From Chrysomallon squamiferum (lineage: Eukaryota > Animalia > Mollusca), in contig CM022667.1 in the NCBI GenBank assembly GCA_012295275.1, positions 4,712,001 to 4,776,000 on the forward strand: a DNA stretch of 64,000 bases, read 5' to 3'. A program made the position numbers and the translations under genes. The notes beneath the pieces were generated by a model. It searched no databases. It was not told the DNA's origin and was given only the letters and a program-made list of their open reading frames with translations. Within the stretch, counting starts at the first letter, position 1. Each line of letters starts with the position of its first letter. Below, in pieces: positions 23,659 to 38,131 of the stretch.

Positions 23659-26312
23659 ATGCAGTACAGGACATGTTTGTTTTTACAGGCTGTTGTCTCA
23701 TCACTTTTAATTGCTTTTCTTAGGTAAGTGTGTAATCACATTTGTTTTATTTAAATCTTATCTGTACCTTATTCCTGTCTGTAACTTACACCGTCCTCTT
23801 TGTCTCTCTTGCTTTGCTCTCTCTCTCGCTCTGCCTCTCTGTCTGTCGTTCACCCTGCCTCTCTGTCTCTCTTGCTTTGTCGCTGTGTCTCTCTCCCTTT
23901 GCCTCTCTCTGTTTCTCGGTCACCATACCTCTCTGTATCTCTTGCTTTGCCTCTCTGTCTCTCTCGCTCTGCCTCTCTGTCTCTCGTTCACCCTGCCTCT
24001 TTGTCTCTCTTGCTTTGCTTGTCTCTCTCGCTCTGCTTCTCTGTCTCTCGTTCACCCTGCCTCTTTGTCTCTCTTGCTTTGCCTCTGTGTCTCTCTTGCT
24101 TTGCCTCTCTGTCTCTCTTGCTTTGCCTCTCTGTCTCTCTTGCTTTGTCGCTGTGTCTCTCTCGCTTTGCCCCTCTGTCTCTCGTTCACCCTGCCTCTCT
24201 GTCTCTTTTGCTTTGCCTCTCTGTCTCTCTCGCTCTGCCTCTCTGTCTCTCTCGCTCTGTCTCTCAGTCTCTATCGGTCTGCCTCCCTGTCTTTCTTTAA
24301 TCTATCCAAGCTATATATCCTACCCCATCCATCTGTCGTCCATCCATCTTTCCATCCTACTATCCATTCATCCAGCCACCGTCTGTCTGTCTCTATCTGT
24401 CCATCTGTCTGTCTATTTGTCCAGCTATCGGTCATTCTGTCTGTGTTTTTGTTTGTGTGTGTGTATGTGTCTGTCTCTTACTGTGACTCCTGGTTTTGTA
24501 TCATATCTTTTGATATGTCTATATTAGATTTTATTTAGATTTATTTTTTCTATTGTATTTATGGTTACTGTTGTTTTATTATTTTATTATTAACTGGTCA
24601 CATTTAGCTGTGATATCAGTGAGTCCTCTAAGTGGATCATCAATCACGAGTTTGATGATGTTGTCGCCTCTGACATCCTCCTGGAATCCCTCAGCAACAT
24701 CGCAAGCAGAGTACAGTGTGCAATCGAATGCGCCAGAAATATCAAGTGCCTCTCATTTTCATATAACGAAAAACATATCTGTCATTTGCACAATGACAGA
24801 TTTTCGAAGAACGGCAGTTATGCGTTTGCTGCAGGATGGCGCTACTATTCATACGTCGGTATGTTTCTTTTCTAATATTGTTTAAACTCTAAACATTCCT
24901 AGAAATAATAAAAATGTTGAAATATCTTATCTCAAAAGAAATCGTATATTTTCAGGATCAAAAGTATAAAATATCCTGTATTTTCATTCTCAGAAATATA
25001 AAATATTCCTTCAGTTTCAGTCTCAGAAATACAAAATCCTGTATTTTCAGTCTCGTAAGTAAAACTAAATGATGGTATATAACCGAGTCTCATAAACATG
25101 TTAAAAAAGATTCGATATTTTGAATCTCGTAAATATTAAAGAAATCCTATATTTTTGGCTCGTAAATATTTAAAAATTTCAATATTTTCAGTGTCGCAAG
25201 TAAAAAATTAATTCTCTAAATTCAGTCTCACAAATAAATAAAAAGTACCTTATTTTAAGACACAGATATATAAAAAGAAAATATTTGTTCATTTTTGGAA
25301 GAAGAAGAAGAACAAAAATAAGTTATGTTATATTTTCAGTCTCACAAGTATAAAAAATCCAACATTTTCAGTTTCACGGATACAGCAAGTCCTATATTTT
25401 CAGGACACTGTCCTACTGGAAATGGCTACGTCTTCCTTAAGGACGTTGACCTGTGCTTCAAGATTGTCAACATAGAAAGAACTGTGCATGAAGCTCGTGA
25501 CTTTTGTAGCAAGTCACGTGATAGATTGATCGTCCTAGACACGGATGAGAAAAATACAGCCATTAGCAAGTTCGTGAATGATACAACAGGTTAATATCAT
25601 CATCATCACCATCGTCATATTCATCATTAGTTATACAAACAACAATTCATTTCGTTTTTCATCACTGCATAATTATATTCATCATCATCATCACACCCAT
25701 CATCATATTCATCATTATTTATACTAATAACGATTTTCATGTCTTTCATGATTGCATAATACATCTATTAACAAAGTTATCGTCTTTTTATCCTCATGTT
25801 AGAGATCAAAGGTGTGGTTGGTAGAAATGTTTCCTCACCAAAGAATTTTGTGATGATTATAAGGAAAGACAATAAAAAAATAAAATAAAAATAAAATTAA
25901 TAAATAAATAAATAAATAAATAAAGTTAAACTCAATTAAAAAGGACAGCTGCTCGTTGTTACAAAACATTTCTCGTTCCAGCTGATTTGTTGAAAATGAA
26001 ACACAATTTCACACAACCAACTCAAAGTTTAACCATCTTATAATCACGATATTCACTCAGTTTTAAAACTGTGCATTTTTGTTGTCTTTTTCAGGTGGTA
26101 AAGACATCTATATTGGATTGAATGATGAACAGACGGAAGGAGAGTTTGTTTGGGAGAATGGAAAAAAACTTGCATTTTCAAAGTGGGACGATCGGCAACC
26201 TGACAATTATGGAGGAACAGAGGACTGTGTGCTGCTTCAGTCAGTGTCCAGTATATGGAATGATATTTCCTGCTCTTGGATCAACATATTTATCTGCGAG
26301 AAACGAATGTGA
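23659..26312 (+). CDS. PAN + C-type lectin, copy 3 (QPD, WND)
   Basis: Exons 23659-23723, 24608-24858, 25404-25589, 26095-26312; open frame, intact splice sites. Confidence 0.9.
23793..24295. repeat. CT-rich complex minisatellite expansion in intron 1 of copy 3
   Basis: Shuffled units such as ctctcttgctttgcctctctgt and ctctcgttcaccctgcct; intron 1 is 884 bp versus 224-427 bp in the other copies. Confidence 0.85.
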
Positions 26313-26484
26313 TCATTTCTGTTTTAATGTTCTTGAAAAAACAACCGAAATGTGAAACATAATTATATTAATTTTTGTATTTGCGAAGCTGCATCAATAA
26401 AAATTAATTTAAGGTTTACTTTTGGGTTTTTTCTCAATTTTGTTTTCATAATTTCAAACAGACATGATTCTCATATTTTTATCC

Positions 26485-26550
<66 letters not shown>

Positions 26551-26895
26551 TCACTACTCCGATATTTACTATTGCTATTACTATTATTATTATTATTATT
26601 ATGACCATCATCATCATCATTGTTACTATTAAAGGGGCTACAAAGAAAAGAGTTAAAAACAAAACTGTGACATGAAAATAACACGACTAAATAATAACTG
26701 AAAAAAAAATGATACAAAAAAGTCAAAATGTACAGTGAATTTTTAAGAACAGCAGAACAACATTTTAATTTATTTTCAAAATAACCGAAAGAATCAAGCG
26801 ACACATTTCTGTCTATGATAGCATCCAGCTATTTGATTATTATACACCGCGTGTTTATTTTAAATGTAAGTACAACAACAACAACAACATCAATC

Positions 26896-26956
<61 letters not shown>

Positions 26957-27087
26957 TCAAAAAGAAATAAAAGAAATAAACAAATAAAATAAAATAAATA
27001 AAAAGAAGAATAGAAGCTCCTAAACAGAAACACAAACAAAAATTAGACGAAAAAAAAAAAAATATATGTCTATATATATATTTGTAC

Positions 27088-27122
<35 letters not shown>

Positions 27123-28634
27123 CAATCCAAAAAGAGAAAAAAAGAAAGAAAAAAGATAATTTGCTTTCAGGTGATAGAAACAGATATTTAAGTAATTTAC
27201 GTGTTTCTTTTCTAGTGTTTCAGACAGTTAAAACATATATGTTTCTGTGGTTAAAAAAGAGCTAATAATTACAGTGGTGTGTTCTATGCGAATCTACTGG
27301 GATCTGGAAACTAGTTCTTTATAGTTTTCCTTCGTCATAGCACTCACTGAAATAAACGTAACAATCTGCAACCTTTTCCAAGTCCGCCTGAACAACACTG
27401 AAAAATATATTTTATTTTATTCCTTTGAAGGAATCCTGATATGACTTTATTTACTTCAGCTTACTACGTTCGTTTTGAAGAATTCCTTTCATTATGACGT
27501 CATTAAAGATTACTGCAGTTAACGATCTATTTTTTCCTCGAATTTTCTCATAGTATCTCGCATATATAGAGAGTTTGGAAAAAAAAAATATATATAATTT
27601 AAATTCTTTACTTAATTTGTACCTACGCTAGTTCAAATGAAATACACGCTAAAACAATCGTTGACCTCGTGTTAATTATCTTTCAACAGAATACAACTTT
27701 GTCTCTCTTTCCCAACAGAGATGAATTATTTAAACTGTTTACATGGAACAATGAATAAAATATGTTGGTTGCTCAGAGTCGGTTACATCAGAACAGAAGA
27801 ATACTTTTTTTTTGTCTATGCAACACAACTGGAAAGGGAATAGTTTGTACGCAAAACACAGAAATAACACTACAGAACGCTCTTGTAAAGAACTAAATTA
27901 TTAAAGCAATAATGAGGGTTCAAAGTAGATACACTGTTAAACAAACAAACCAAAAAAAAAAGAAGCACAGAATTAAGAGAGAGATACGTGTTTCGTTTGA
28001 AAGATTACAAAATTAACTAAGCGTTGTATCTGAGTATATTTCTTTTTTCACTTTCTATATGATTGAAACTTCAGTATTTTTCTTCTGGCTTTTTTCTTCA
28101 ATTTTACTTTTATCTGTCAGTGCGGCTGCGCATTCAGACGACAGAAAATGAACTCATCAATCTTCTCCCAGTAGAACCTTCCCTGTCTTTCTCGATTATT
28201 ATAGTCGTTTTCAGACAAAATTATATACATTTGTGAAATTAGATTTGTTTTCACTATTATTTTATCTGCCTTCACTAGGTAGGACCGTTATTCAGACATT
28301 GGTAAATGTTCTAGTAACTCTGTTTTTAGAGCCACAAAACATAACTTCTCTCTGTTACAATAAACATTTATGTGAATAAAAATGAATAATTACTGTTCAT
28401 TGTTGTGTTCGCTCTCATCTCAGTCACATAATACAAATAGCTTAGTTCACATGGGTATAAAAATAGTATCTATTTCCGAAAGAGACAAATCTGTGATAAA
28501 TTATTTAATGTTTTGATAACGTAATCACAAAATAAACATTTCAATACAGTCTGCCAGTCTGTCATTGTTCAGTTTTTACTGTTAGAATCAGGTAGACTAG
28601 AAACTCGGTAAAAAGAAGAAAAATATTTTTAAGA

Positions 28635-30303
28635 ATGCAGTACAGGACATGTTTGTTTTTACAGGCCGTTGTGTCATCACTTGTAACTGCTTTACTTAGG
28701 TAAGTGTGTAATAACTTTTGTTTTATTTAAACCTTGTACAACACCCACTGATACGCTTTCTGTCTGTCTGTACCTTCCTCCTTCCTCTCTGTCTCTCACT
28801 CTGACTTGTGGCTTTGTATCATCTCTCTTGATATGTCTGCAGCAGATATCATTTACATATTTTTTCTATTGTTTTAATAGTTACTGTTGTTTTATTATTT
28901 TATTATTAACTGGTCACATTTAGCTGTGATATCAATCTGTCCTCTAAGTGGATTATCAATCACGACTTTGATGATGTTGTCGCGTCTGACGTCCTGCTGG
29001 AATCCCTCAACAACGTCATAAACGTCGAACAGTGTGCAAACGAATGCGCCAGAAATATAAAGTGCCTCTCATTTTCGTATAACGAAAAACATATCTGTCA
29101 TTTGCATAATGACAGATTTTCGAAGGACGTCAGTTATGCGTTTGCTGCAGGATGGCGCTACTATTCATACGTCGGTATGTTTCTTTATTCATATTTTTTA
29201 AATTCTAAACATTCCTAGAAATAATAAAAATGTTGAAATATCTTATCTCAAGTGGACATCGACATATTAGGAGTAATTTAAAGAAATTAGAAAATGTATC
29301 TGATTTAGTTGTGTTACAGATAAAATAATTTTTTTCAAAAGAAATCGTATATTTTCAGTCTCACAAGTATAAAAAATCCTGTATTTTCATTCTCAGAAAT
29401 TAAAAAAATTCCTTCAGTTTCAGTCTCAGAAACACAAAATACTATATTTTCAGTCTCGTAAGTAAAACTAAATGATGGTATATAACCGAGTCTCATAAAC
29501 ATGTTAAAAATGATTCCATATTTTGAATCTCGTAAATATTAAAGAAATCCTATATTTTTCGCTCGTAAACATTTAAAAATTTCAATATTTTCAGTGTCGC
29601 AAGTAAAAAATTAATTCTCTAAATTCAGTCTCACAAATAAATAAAAAGTACCTTATTTTAAGACACAGATATATAAAAAGATCACATATGTTCATTTTCG
29701 GAAGAAGAAGAAGAAAAAAAAGTTATGTTATATTTTCAGTCACACAAGTATAAAAAATCCAACATGTTCAGTTTCACGAATACAAAAAGTCCTATATTTT
29801 CAGGACACTGTCCTACTGGAAATGGCTACATCTTCCTTGAGAACATTGACGTGTGTTTCAAGATTATCAACATCAGTAAAACCTGGTCTGAAGCTCGTGA
29901 CTTTTGTAGTAAGTCACGTGACAGATTGATCGTCCTAGACACGGATGAGAAAAATACAGCCATTAGCAACTACGTGAACAATACAATAGGTTAATATCAT
30001 CATCATCACCATCGTCATATTCATCATTATTTATAATAACAAGACTTAATAACGTTTTTCATCACTGCATAATTATATTTATCATCATAATCATCATCAT
30101 CATCACACCCATCATCATATTCATCATTATTGATACTAATAACAATTATTTTCATGTTTTTCAACATTGCATAATACATTTATTGACATAGTGATCGTCT
30201 TGTTATCCTCATCTGAGAGATCAAAGGTGTGGTTGGTAGAAATGTTTCGTAACCAAGGAATTTTGTGATAATTATAACGAAAGAAAAAAATAAATAAATA
30301 AAA

Positions 30304-30358
<55 letters not shown>

Positions 30359-30747
30359 AGTTAAATTAAATTAAAAAGGACAGCTGCTCGTTCTTACAAA
30401 ACATTTCTCGTTCCAGCTGATTTGTTGAAAATGAAACACAATTTCACACAACCAACTCAAAGTTTAACCATCTTATAATCACGATATTCACTCATTTTTA
30501 AATCTGTGCATTTTTGTTGTATTTTTCAGGTGGTAAATACATCCATATTGGACTGAGTGATGAACAGACGGAAGGAAAGTTTGTTTGGGAGAATGGAAAA
30601 AAACTTGCATTTTCTAAGTGGAGAAATGGGGAACCTGACAATTATGGAGGAATAGAGGACTGTGTACAGCTTACATCATCGTTGAGTAAGTGGAATGATA
30701 TTTCCTGCTCGAAGACCAACATATTTGTCTGCGAGAAACGAATGTGA
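28635..30747 (+). CDS. PAN + C-type lectin, copy 4 (EPD, WND)
   Basis: Exons 28635-28699, 28924-29174, 29804-29989, 30530-30747; open frame, intact splice sites. Confidence 0.9.
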
Positions 30748-32776
30748 TTATTTCTGTTTTAATGTTCTTGAAATAACAACAGAAATGAGAATCATAATTA
30801 TATTCATGTTTGTATTTGACAAAGCTGCTATCAATAAAAATTAGACTTTTAAGGTTAACTTTTGTTTTTTCTAAATTTTGTTTTCATAATTTCAAAAAGA
30901 CATGATCCTAATATTTTTTTATCTCTACTACTACTACTACTACTACTACTACCACTACAATCACATTTACTATTATGAACATCATCATCATTATGATCAT
31001 CATCATGATCATCATCATGATCATCATTATTACTATTAAAGCAGCTACAAGGAAAAAAGTCGTAAACAAAACAGTCACATCAAATTAACACGAAGAAATA
31101 ATAATTAAAAAAAATAAAAAAAAAAAATGTAGAAAAATGTCAAATGGATTTTGAATTTTAACAGAAGAAAAGAAGAACATAATTTTTTTTATTTTCAAAA
31201 ATAACTGAAAGAATCAACCGTCAAATTTCTGTAGATGATAGTATCCAGCTATTTCGATTATTATACATCATATGTTTATTTTACTTTTTTTTTTTGTCAG
31301 TTAACTCTTCAATAACAACAAGAACAACAATAAAAAAATGAATAAAATAAATAAAATAAAAATAAAATAAAAAATAAACAAAAATAAAATAAAAAAAAAA
31401 AGAAAAATCGAAGCTCCTAAGGAGAACCACAAACAAAAATTAAAAAAAAAAAAAATAAATAATATATAAAAATAAATAAAAATAAATCAATAATAATAAA
31501 AAAATAAAAATAAAAACAACAACAACAACAAAAACTGAAAGAAAGAAAGAAAAAAGATAATTTGGTTTCAGGTGATAGAAACAGATATTTAAGTAATTTA
31601 CGTGTTTCTTTTCTAGTGTTTCACACACTGAAAACATACATTTTTCTGTGTTTAGAAAAGAGCTGATAATTACAGTGGTGTGTTCTATGCGAATCTACTG
31701 GGATCTGGAAACTAGTTCTTTATAGTTTTCCTTCGTCATAGCACTCACTGAAATAAACGCAACTATGTGCAACCTTTTCCAAGTCCGCCTGAACAACATT
31801 GAAAAATATATTTTATTTTAATCCTTTGAAGGAATCCTGATATGACTTTATTTACTTCAGCTTACTACGTTTGTTCTGAATAACTCCTTTTATTATGACG
31901 TCATTATCGATTAGCTGAATATTTTTGTTTTTAAATATGTTACTTACGTTTTACCTACGCTGGTTCAAATGGAATACACCCTAAAACAATCGTTGAGCTC
32001 GTGTTAATTTTCTTTCAACAGAATACAACTTTGTCTCTCTTTCCGAACAAAGATGAATTATTTATACTGTGTACAGGGAACAATGAATAAAATATGTTGA
32101 CTGATCAGATACGGTTACATCAGAAAACAAGAATCGTTTTTGTTTTCTCTGTTCAACAACTGGAATGGGAATACTTTCTACGCAATACAGAGAAATAACA
32201 CAACAGAGCGCTCTTGTAAAGAACTAAATTATTAAAACAATAATGAGGGTTGAAAGTAGATATACTAAGTGTTAAACAAACAAAAACAAAACAAGCACAG
32301 AATTAAGAGAGAGATAAGTGTATCGTTTGAAAGGTTACAAATTTAACTAAGGGTTGTATCTGAGTATATTTCTTTTTTCACTTTCTATGTGATTGTAACT
32401 TGAGTATTTTTCTTCTGGCTTTTTTCTTTACTTTTACTTTTATCTGTCAGTGCGGCTGCGCATACAGACGACAGAAAATGAAGTCATCAATCTTCTCCCA
32501 GTAGAACCTTCCCTGTCTTTCTCGATTATTATAGACGTTTTTAGACAAAATTATATACATATGTGAAATTAGATTTGTTTTCACTATTATTTTATCTGCC
32601 TTCACTAGGGTGGACCGTTATTCAGACATTGGTAAATGTTCTAGTAACTGTTTTATCATTTTTCTCTACGGTTTGAACATGTGCTTTAGATTTTCCATGC
32701 CTGTCCTATGACCATATTAAACAGAAATTTGGATATAGAGAGTTTATTCTCGTCTATGTATCTGTCTTTTTGTCTG

Positions 32777-32900
<124 letters not shown>

Positions 32901-33300
32901 TCTCTCTCTCTTTATCTATCTATCTAGCTGTCTCTATGTATTCATCCATTAATCCATCTATCTCTTCTATAGTTCTGTATCTGTATCTGTCGACCAGTTT
33001 TTAAAGTCACAAAGCAGAACTTCTCTCTGTTACACTAAAAATTTATGTGAAAAAATGAATAATTACTTTTCATTCTTGTGTTTGGTCTCACCTCAGTCAC
33101 ATAACACAAAGAGCTTACTTCACCTGGGTATAAAACATAGTCTGCGTTTCCGCAACTGACAAAATCTATGATAAATTATTTAATGTTTTTAACACGTAAT
33201 AATAAAATAAATATTTGTATACAGTCTACAAGTCTGTCATTGTTCAGTTTTTACTGTTAGAATCAGGTAGACTAGAAAGTCGTTAAAAAGAAGGAACAAA

Positions 33301-36202
33301 ATGCAGTACCGGACATGTTTGATTTTACAGGCTGTTGTCTCATCACTTGTAACTGCTTTACTTAGGTAAGTGTGTAATAACGTTTGTTTTATTTAAACCT
33401 TGTACAACACTCACTGATACACTTTCTGTCTGTCTGTACCTTCCTCCTTTCTCTCTGTCTCTCACTCTGACTCCTGGCTTTGTATCATCTCTCTTGATAT
33501 GTCTGCAGCAGATATCATTTACATATTTTTTCTATTGTATTAATAGTTACTTTTGTTTTATTATTTTATTATTAACTGGTCACATTTAGCTGTGATATCA
33601 ATGAGTCCTCTAAGTGGACCATCAATCACGACTTTGATGATGTTGTCGCCTCCTCTGACGTCCTGCTGGAATCCCTCAACAACGTCTTAAACCTCGAACA
33701 GTGCGGACACGAATGCGCCAGAAATGTGAAGTGCCTCTCATTTTCGTATAACGAAAAACATATCTGTCATTTGCATAATGACAGATTTTCGAAGAACGTC
33801 AGTTACGAGTTTGGTGCAGGATGGATCTACTATTCATACGTCGGTATGTTTCTTTATTCATATTTTTTAAACTCTAAACATCGCTAGAAATAATAAAAAT
33901 GTTGAAATATCTTATCTCAAGTGGACATCGACATATTAGGAGAAATTTAAAGAAATTAGAAAATGTATCTGATTAAGTTGTGTTAAAGATAAAATGCCGT
34001 ATGTACTTGTGTAAAAGGCGACCTTATGTATAAGTCGATGTGTATTTTAAGACCAAAAATTGCGTCATTTTAGGTATTACTTGTGTATAAGTCGACTGTA
34101 GATTCCAGGCACCGTCACTATTTTTAGACCAGTGTGACAGTGCTATGAAGGCCTACATTGTACGCCTACTGTAACATAACTTGCACGAGCTGTAACTTGC
34201 ACGAACATACCATAATAACGTAAATGCATGTATTACACGAGCTATAGCCTAAATGTATCATAAATAGTATCTCAAATATGGCGAGAAGTTGAACTGATTT
34301 CTGTTGCAGAACGTTTATAGAAATTTAGTTTGTTTTCGATTTGTCGGTAGTGGATATTAATGACGACTGCAATATTATTTCACCAAATTCTTTACAGTTA
34401 CACAAGTGAGTTTTGTTTATGAAATTAGGACCGATAATTAGTGCAATTTGGCAGAGAAGTCTGCATTCCTAGATCATTGCAAGACGCCGTAAGGCATAAC
34501 GCCGTACTGACGGTTTTCTCGCTTTAAAATGTATTTTTATGTCATTAAACGGAAGAATATCATGTTTTACATTCATATTTGGTTTTGTTATTCAAAATAT
34601 TTTATACGATAAAATTATATTTTTGAAAAGCTGAAAGACCGCGATTATTTTAGATGCATCCCGTAGCAAAAAATAGTCAAAATGGCGACTCTTCAGCAAC
34701 AGCTACAAAAGCATTACCTATGTATAAGTCGACCCCCAAAATATTACCTTAATATAGTCTCCCAAAAATTCGACTTATACACAAGTATATACGGTAATTT
34801 TTTTCAAAAGAAATCGTATATTTTCATTCTCAAAAGTATAAAATATCCTGTATTTTCATTCTCAGAAATTTCAAAAAATTCCTTCAATTTCAGTCTCAGA
34901 ACTACAAAATACTATATTTTCAGTCTCGTAAGTAAAACTAAATGATGGCATATAACCGAGTCTCATAAACATGTTAAAAAAGATTCCATATTTTGAATCT
35001 CGTAAATATTAAAGAAATCCTATATTTTTGCATCGTAAATATTTAAAAATTTCAATATTTTCAGTGTCGCAAGTACAAAATTAATTCTCTAAATTCAGTC
35101 TCACAAATAAATAAAAAGTACATTATATTAAGACACAGATATATAAAAAGATCATATATATTCATTTTCGGAAGAAGAAGAAGAAAAAATGTTATGTTAT
35201 ATTTTCAGTCACACAAGTATAAAAAATCCAACATGTTCAGTTTCACGAATACAAAAAGTCCTATATTTTCAGGACACTGTCCTACTGGAAATGGCTACAT
35301 CTTCCTTGAGAAGATTGACGTGTGTTTCAAGATTATCAACATCAATAAAACCTGGTCTGAAGCTCGTGACTTTTGTAGTAAGTCACGTGACAGATTGATC
35401 GTCCTAGACACGGATGAGAAAAATACAGCCATTAGCAACTACGTGAACAATGCAACAGGTTAATATCATCATCATCACCATCGTCATAATCATCATTAGT
35501 TATACTAACAACAATTCATTTCGTTTTTCTTCACTGCATAATTATATTTATCATCATAATCATCATCATCATTACACCCATTATCATATTCATCATTAAT
35601 GATACTAATAACAACTATTTTCATGTCTTTGATGATTGCATAATACATCTATTAACAAAGTCGTCGTCTTTTTATCCTCATCTGAGAGATCAAAGGTGTG
35701 CTTGGTAGAAATGTTTCCTAACAAAGAATTTTGTGATAATTATAAGGAAAAAAAAAAAAAATAAAATAAAATAAATAAATAAATAAATAAATAAAGTTAA
35801 ATTAAATAAATAAAGTTAAATTAAATTAAAAAGGACAGCTGCTCGTTCTTACAAAACATTTCTGGTTCCAGCTGATTTGTTGAAAATGAAACACAATTTC
35901 ACACAACCAACTCAAAGTTTAACCATCTTATAATCACGATATGCACTCATTTTTAAATCTGTGCATTTTTGTTGTATTTTTCAGGGGGTGCAGCCATCCA
36001 TATTGGACTGACTGATGAACAGAAGAAAGGAGAGTTTGTTTGGGAGAATGGAAAAAAACTTTCATTTTCTAAGTGGAGCAATGGGCAACCTGATAATTAT
36101 GCAGGAATAGAGGACTGTGTGGAGCTTCTTTCACCGTCCAGTGAATGGAATGATCGTCCTTTCTCGTGGATCAAGACATTTGTCTGCGAGAAACCAATGT
36201 GA
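33301..36202 (+). CDS. PAN + C-type lectin, copy 5 (QPD; conserved Cys after WND changed to Phe; MITE in intron 2)
   Basis: Exons 33301-33365, 33590-33843 (one extra Ser codon), 35273-35458, 35985-36202; frame open; WNDRPF (TTC 36161-36163) instead of WNDIxC. Confidence 0.82.
33997..34794. mobile_element. Non-autonomous Tc1/mariner-superfamily (Tc2/pogo-like) MITE, 798 bp
   Basis: TIRs ccgtatgtacttgtgtaaaaggcga ... tcgacttatacacaagtatatacgg (25 bp, 3 mismatches). Flanked by TG (33995-33996) and TA (34795-34796). Paralogous empty sites read aagataaaa-TA-attt (e.g. ~42991-43004, ~29318-29330). Internal repeats of gtataagtcga; no transposase ORF. Confidence 0.85.
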
Positions 36203-37459
36203 TTATTTCTGTTTTAATGTTCTTGAAAAAACAACCGAAATGTGAAACATAATTATATTAATTTTTGTATTTGCGAAGCTGCATCAATAAGAATTACTTT
36301 AAGGTTTACTTTTGTTTTTTTCTCAATTTTACTTAAATGTTACCTACGCTAGTTCAGATGGAATACACCCTAAAACAATCGTTGAGGTCGTGTTAATTTT
36401 CTTTCAACCGAATACAACTTTGTCTCTCTGTCCCAACAGAGATGAATTATTTAAATTGTTTACAGGGAACAATGAATAAAATATGTTGACTGATCAGATA
36501 CTGTTACATCAGAAAACAAGAATCATTTTTTTTTTTTGTCTAGGCAAGACAACTGGAATGGGAATACTTTGTACGCAAAACAGAGAAATAACACTTCAGA
36601 AGGCTCTTGTAAAGAACTAAATTATTAAAAGGATAATGAGGGTTCAAAGTTTGTACACTAAGTGTTAAACAAAGAAAAACAAAAGAAGCACATAATTAAG
36701 AGAGAGATAAGCGTTTCGTTTGAACGATTAGAAAATTAACTAAGGGTTGTAACTAAGTCTATGTCTTTTTCACTTTCTATATGATTCTAACTTGAGTATT
36801 TTTCTTCTGTTTTTTTTCTTTGATTTTACTTTTATGAATGAACGCATCAATCTCCTCCTAATAGAACCATCTCGATTATTATAGACGTTTTTTGACAAAA
36901 TTAAATACGTATGGGCAATTCGATTTTTTTCATTATTATTATTTTATCTCCCTTCAGTAAGTTGGACCGTTATTCAGACATTGGTAAATGTTCTAGAACC
37001 TCTGTTTTATCATTTTTCTCTACGGTTTTGACATGTGCTGTAGATTTTCTATTACTGTCCTATGACCAGATTAAAATGAAAATGATGACATAGAGAGTGT
37101 ATTCGCGTCTATATATATGTGTTTCTCTCCATTTATGTATCTGTCTTTCTCTCCATTTTTCTATCTATCTATCAATCTGTCTATCTATTTATCTATCTAT
37201 TCATCCATTAATCCATCCATCTTTTCTATAGTTCTAAAAATGTTGATATAGAGAGTGTATTCGCGTCTATGTATCTGTCTTTCTGTTCATCTATGTGTCT
37301 ATCTCTCTATCTGTCTACCTACCTATGTATCTATCTATCGGTCTGTCTGTCTGTTTCTCTCTCTTTATCTATCTATCTATCTATGTAGCTGTCTCTATGT
37401 ATTCATCTATTAATCCATCTATCTCTTCTATAGTTCTGTATCTCTATCTGTCCAATGTT

Positions 37460-37761
37460 TTTAAAGTCACAAAGCAGAACTTCTCTCTGTTACACTAAAC
37501 ATTTTATGAAAAAAAATGAATAATTACTGTTCATTCTTGTGTTCGGTCTCAGCTCAGTCACAAAATACAAGAAGCTTACTTCATCTGGGTATAAGACATT
37601 GTCTATATTTCCGAAAGAGACAAAGCTACGATAAATTATTTAATCAACACGTAATAATAAAATAAACATTTCAATATGGTCTGCAAGTCTGTCATTGTTC
37701 AGCTTTTACTGTTAGAATCAGGTAGACTAGAAACTCGGTAAAAAAAGAAGAAAAAAATGCA
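37460..37761 (+). pseudogene. Empty array unit A: lectin upstream module plus ATGCA, gene body deleted
   Basis: Upstream module and 5'UTR intact up to ATG (37757), then joined directly to the (ATT/ATC)n tract of the 3' flank. Confidence 0.8.
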
Positions 37762-38046
37762 TTATTATTATGATGATGAAAATCATTATCATTATTGTTA
37801 CTGTTAAAGCGGCTATAAAGAAAAAAGGTAAAAATAAAACACTGACATGAAAATAACACGAGTAAATAATAATTTTAAAAAAATGATAGAAAAAAGTCAA
37901 AATCGAAAGTGAATTTTTTGGAACAGTAGAACAACATTTTATTTTATTTTCAAAATATCCGACAGAATGAACCGAGAAATTTCTGTCTATGATAGCATCC
38001 AGCTATTCGATTATTATACACCGTATCTTTATTTTAAAATGTAAAT

Positions 38047-38131
<85 letters not shown>

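Noticed and set aside
23711-24538. 275-aa and 261-aa Leu/Ser/Cys-rich ORFs
   Set aside because: Translations of a CT-rich intronic minisatellite that lacks stop codons.
24553-24885. 110-aa ORFs at 24553 and 48638
   Set aside because: Alternative frame of the PAN exon; the splice-consistent frame carries the PAN cysteine pattern.
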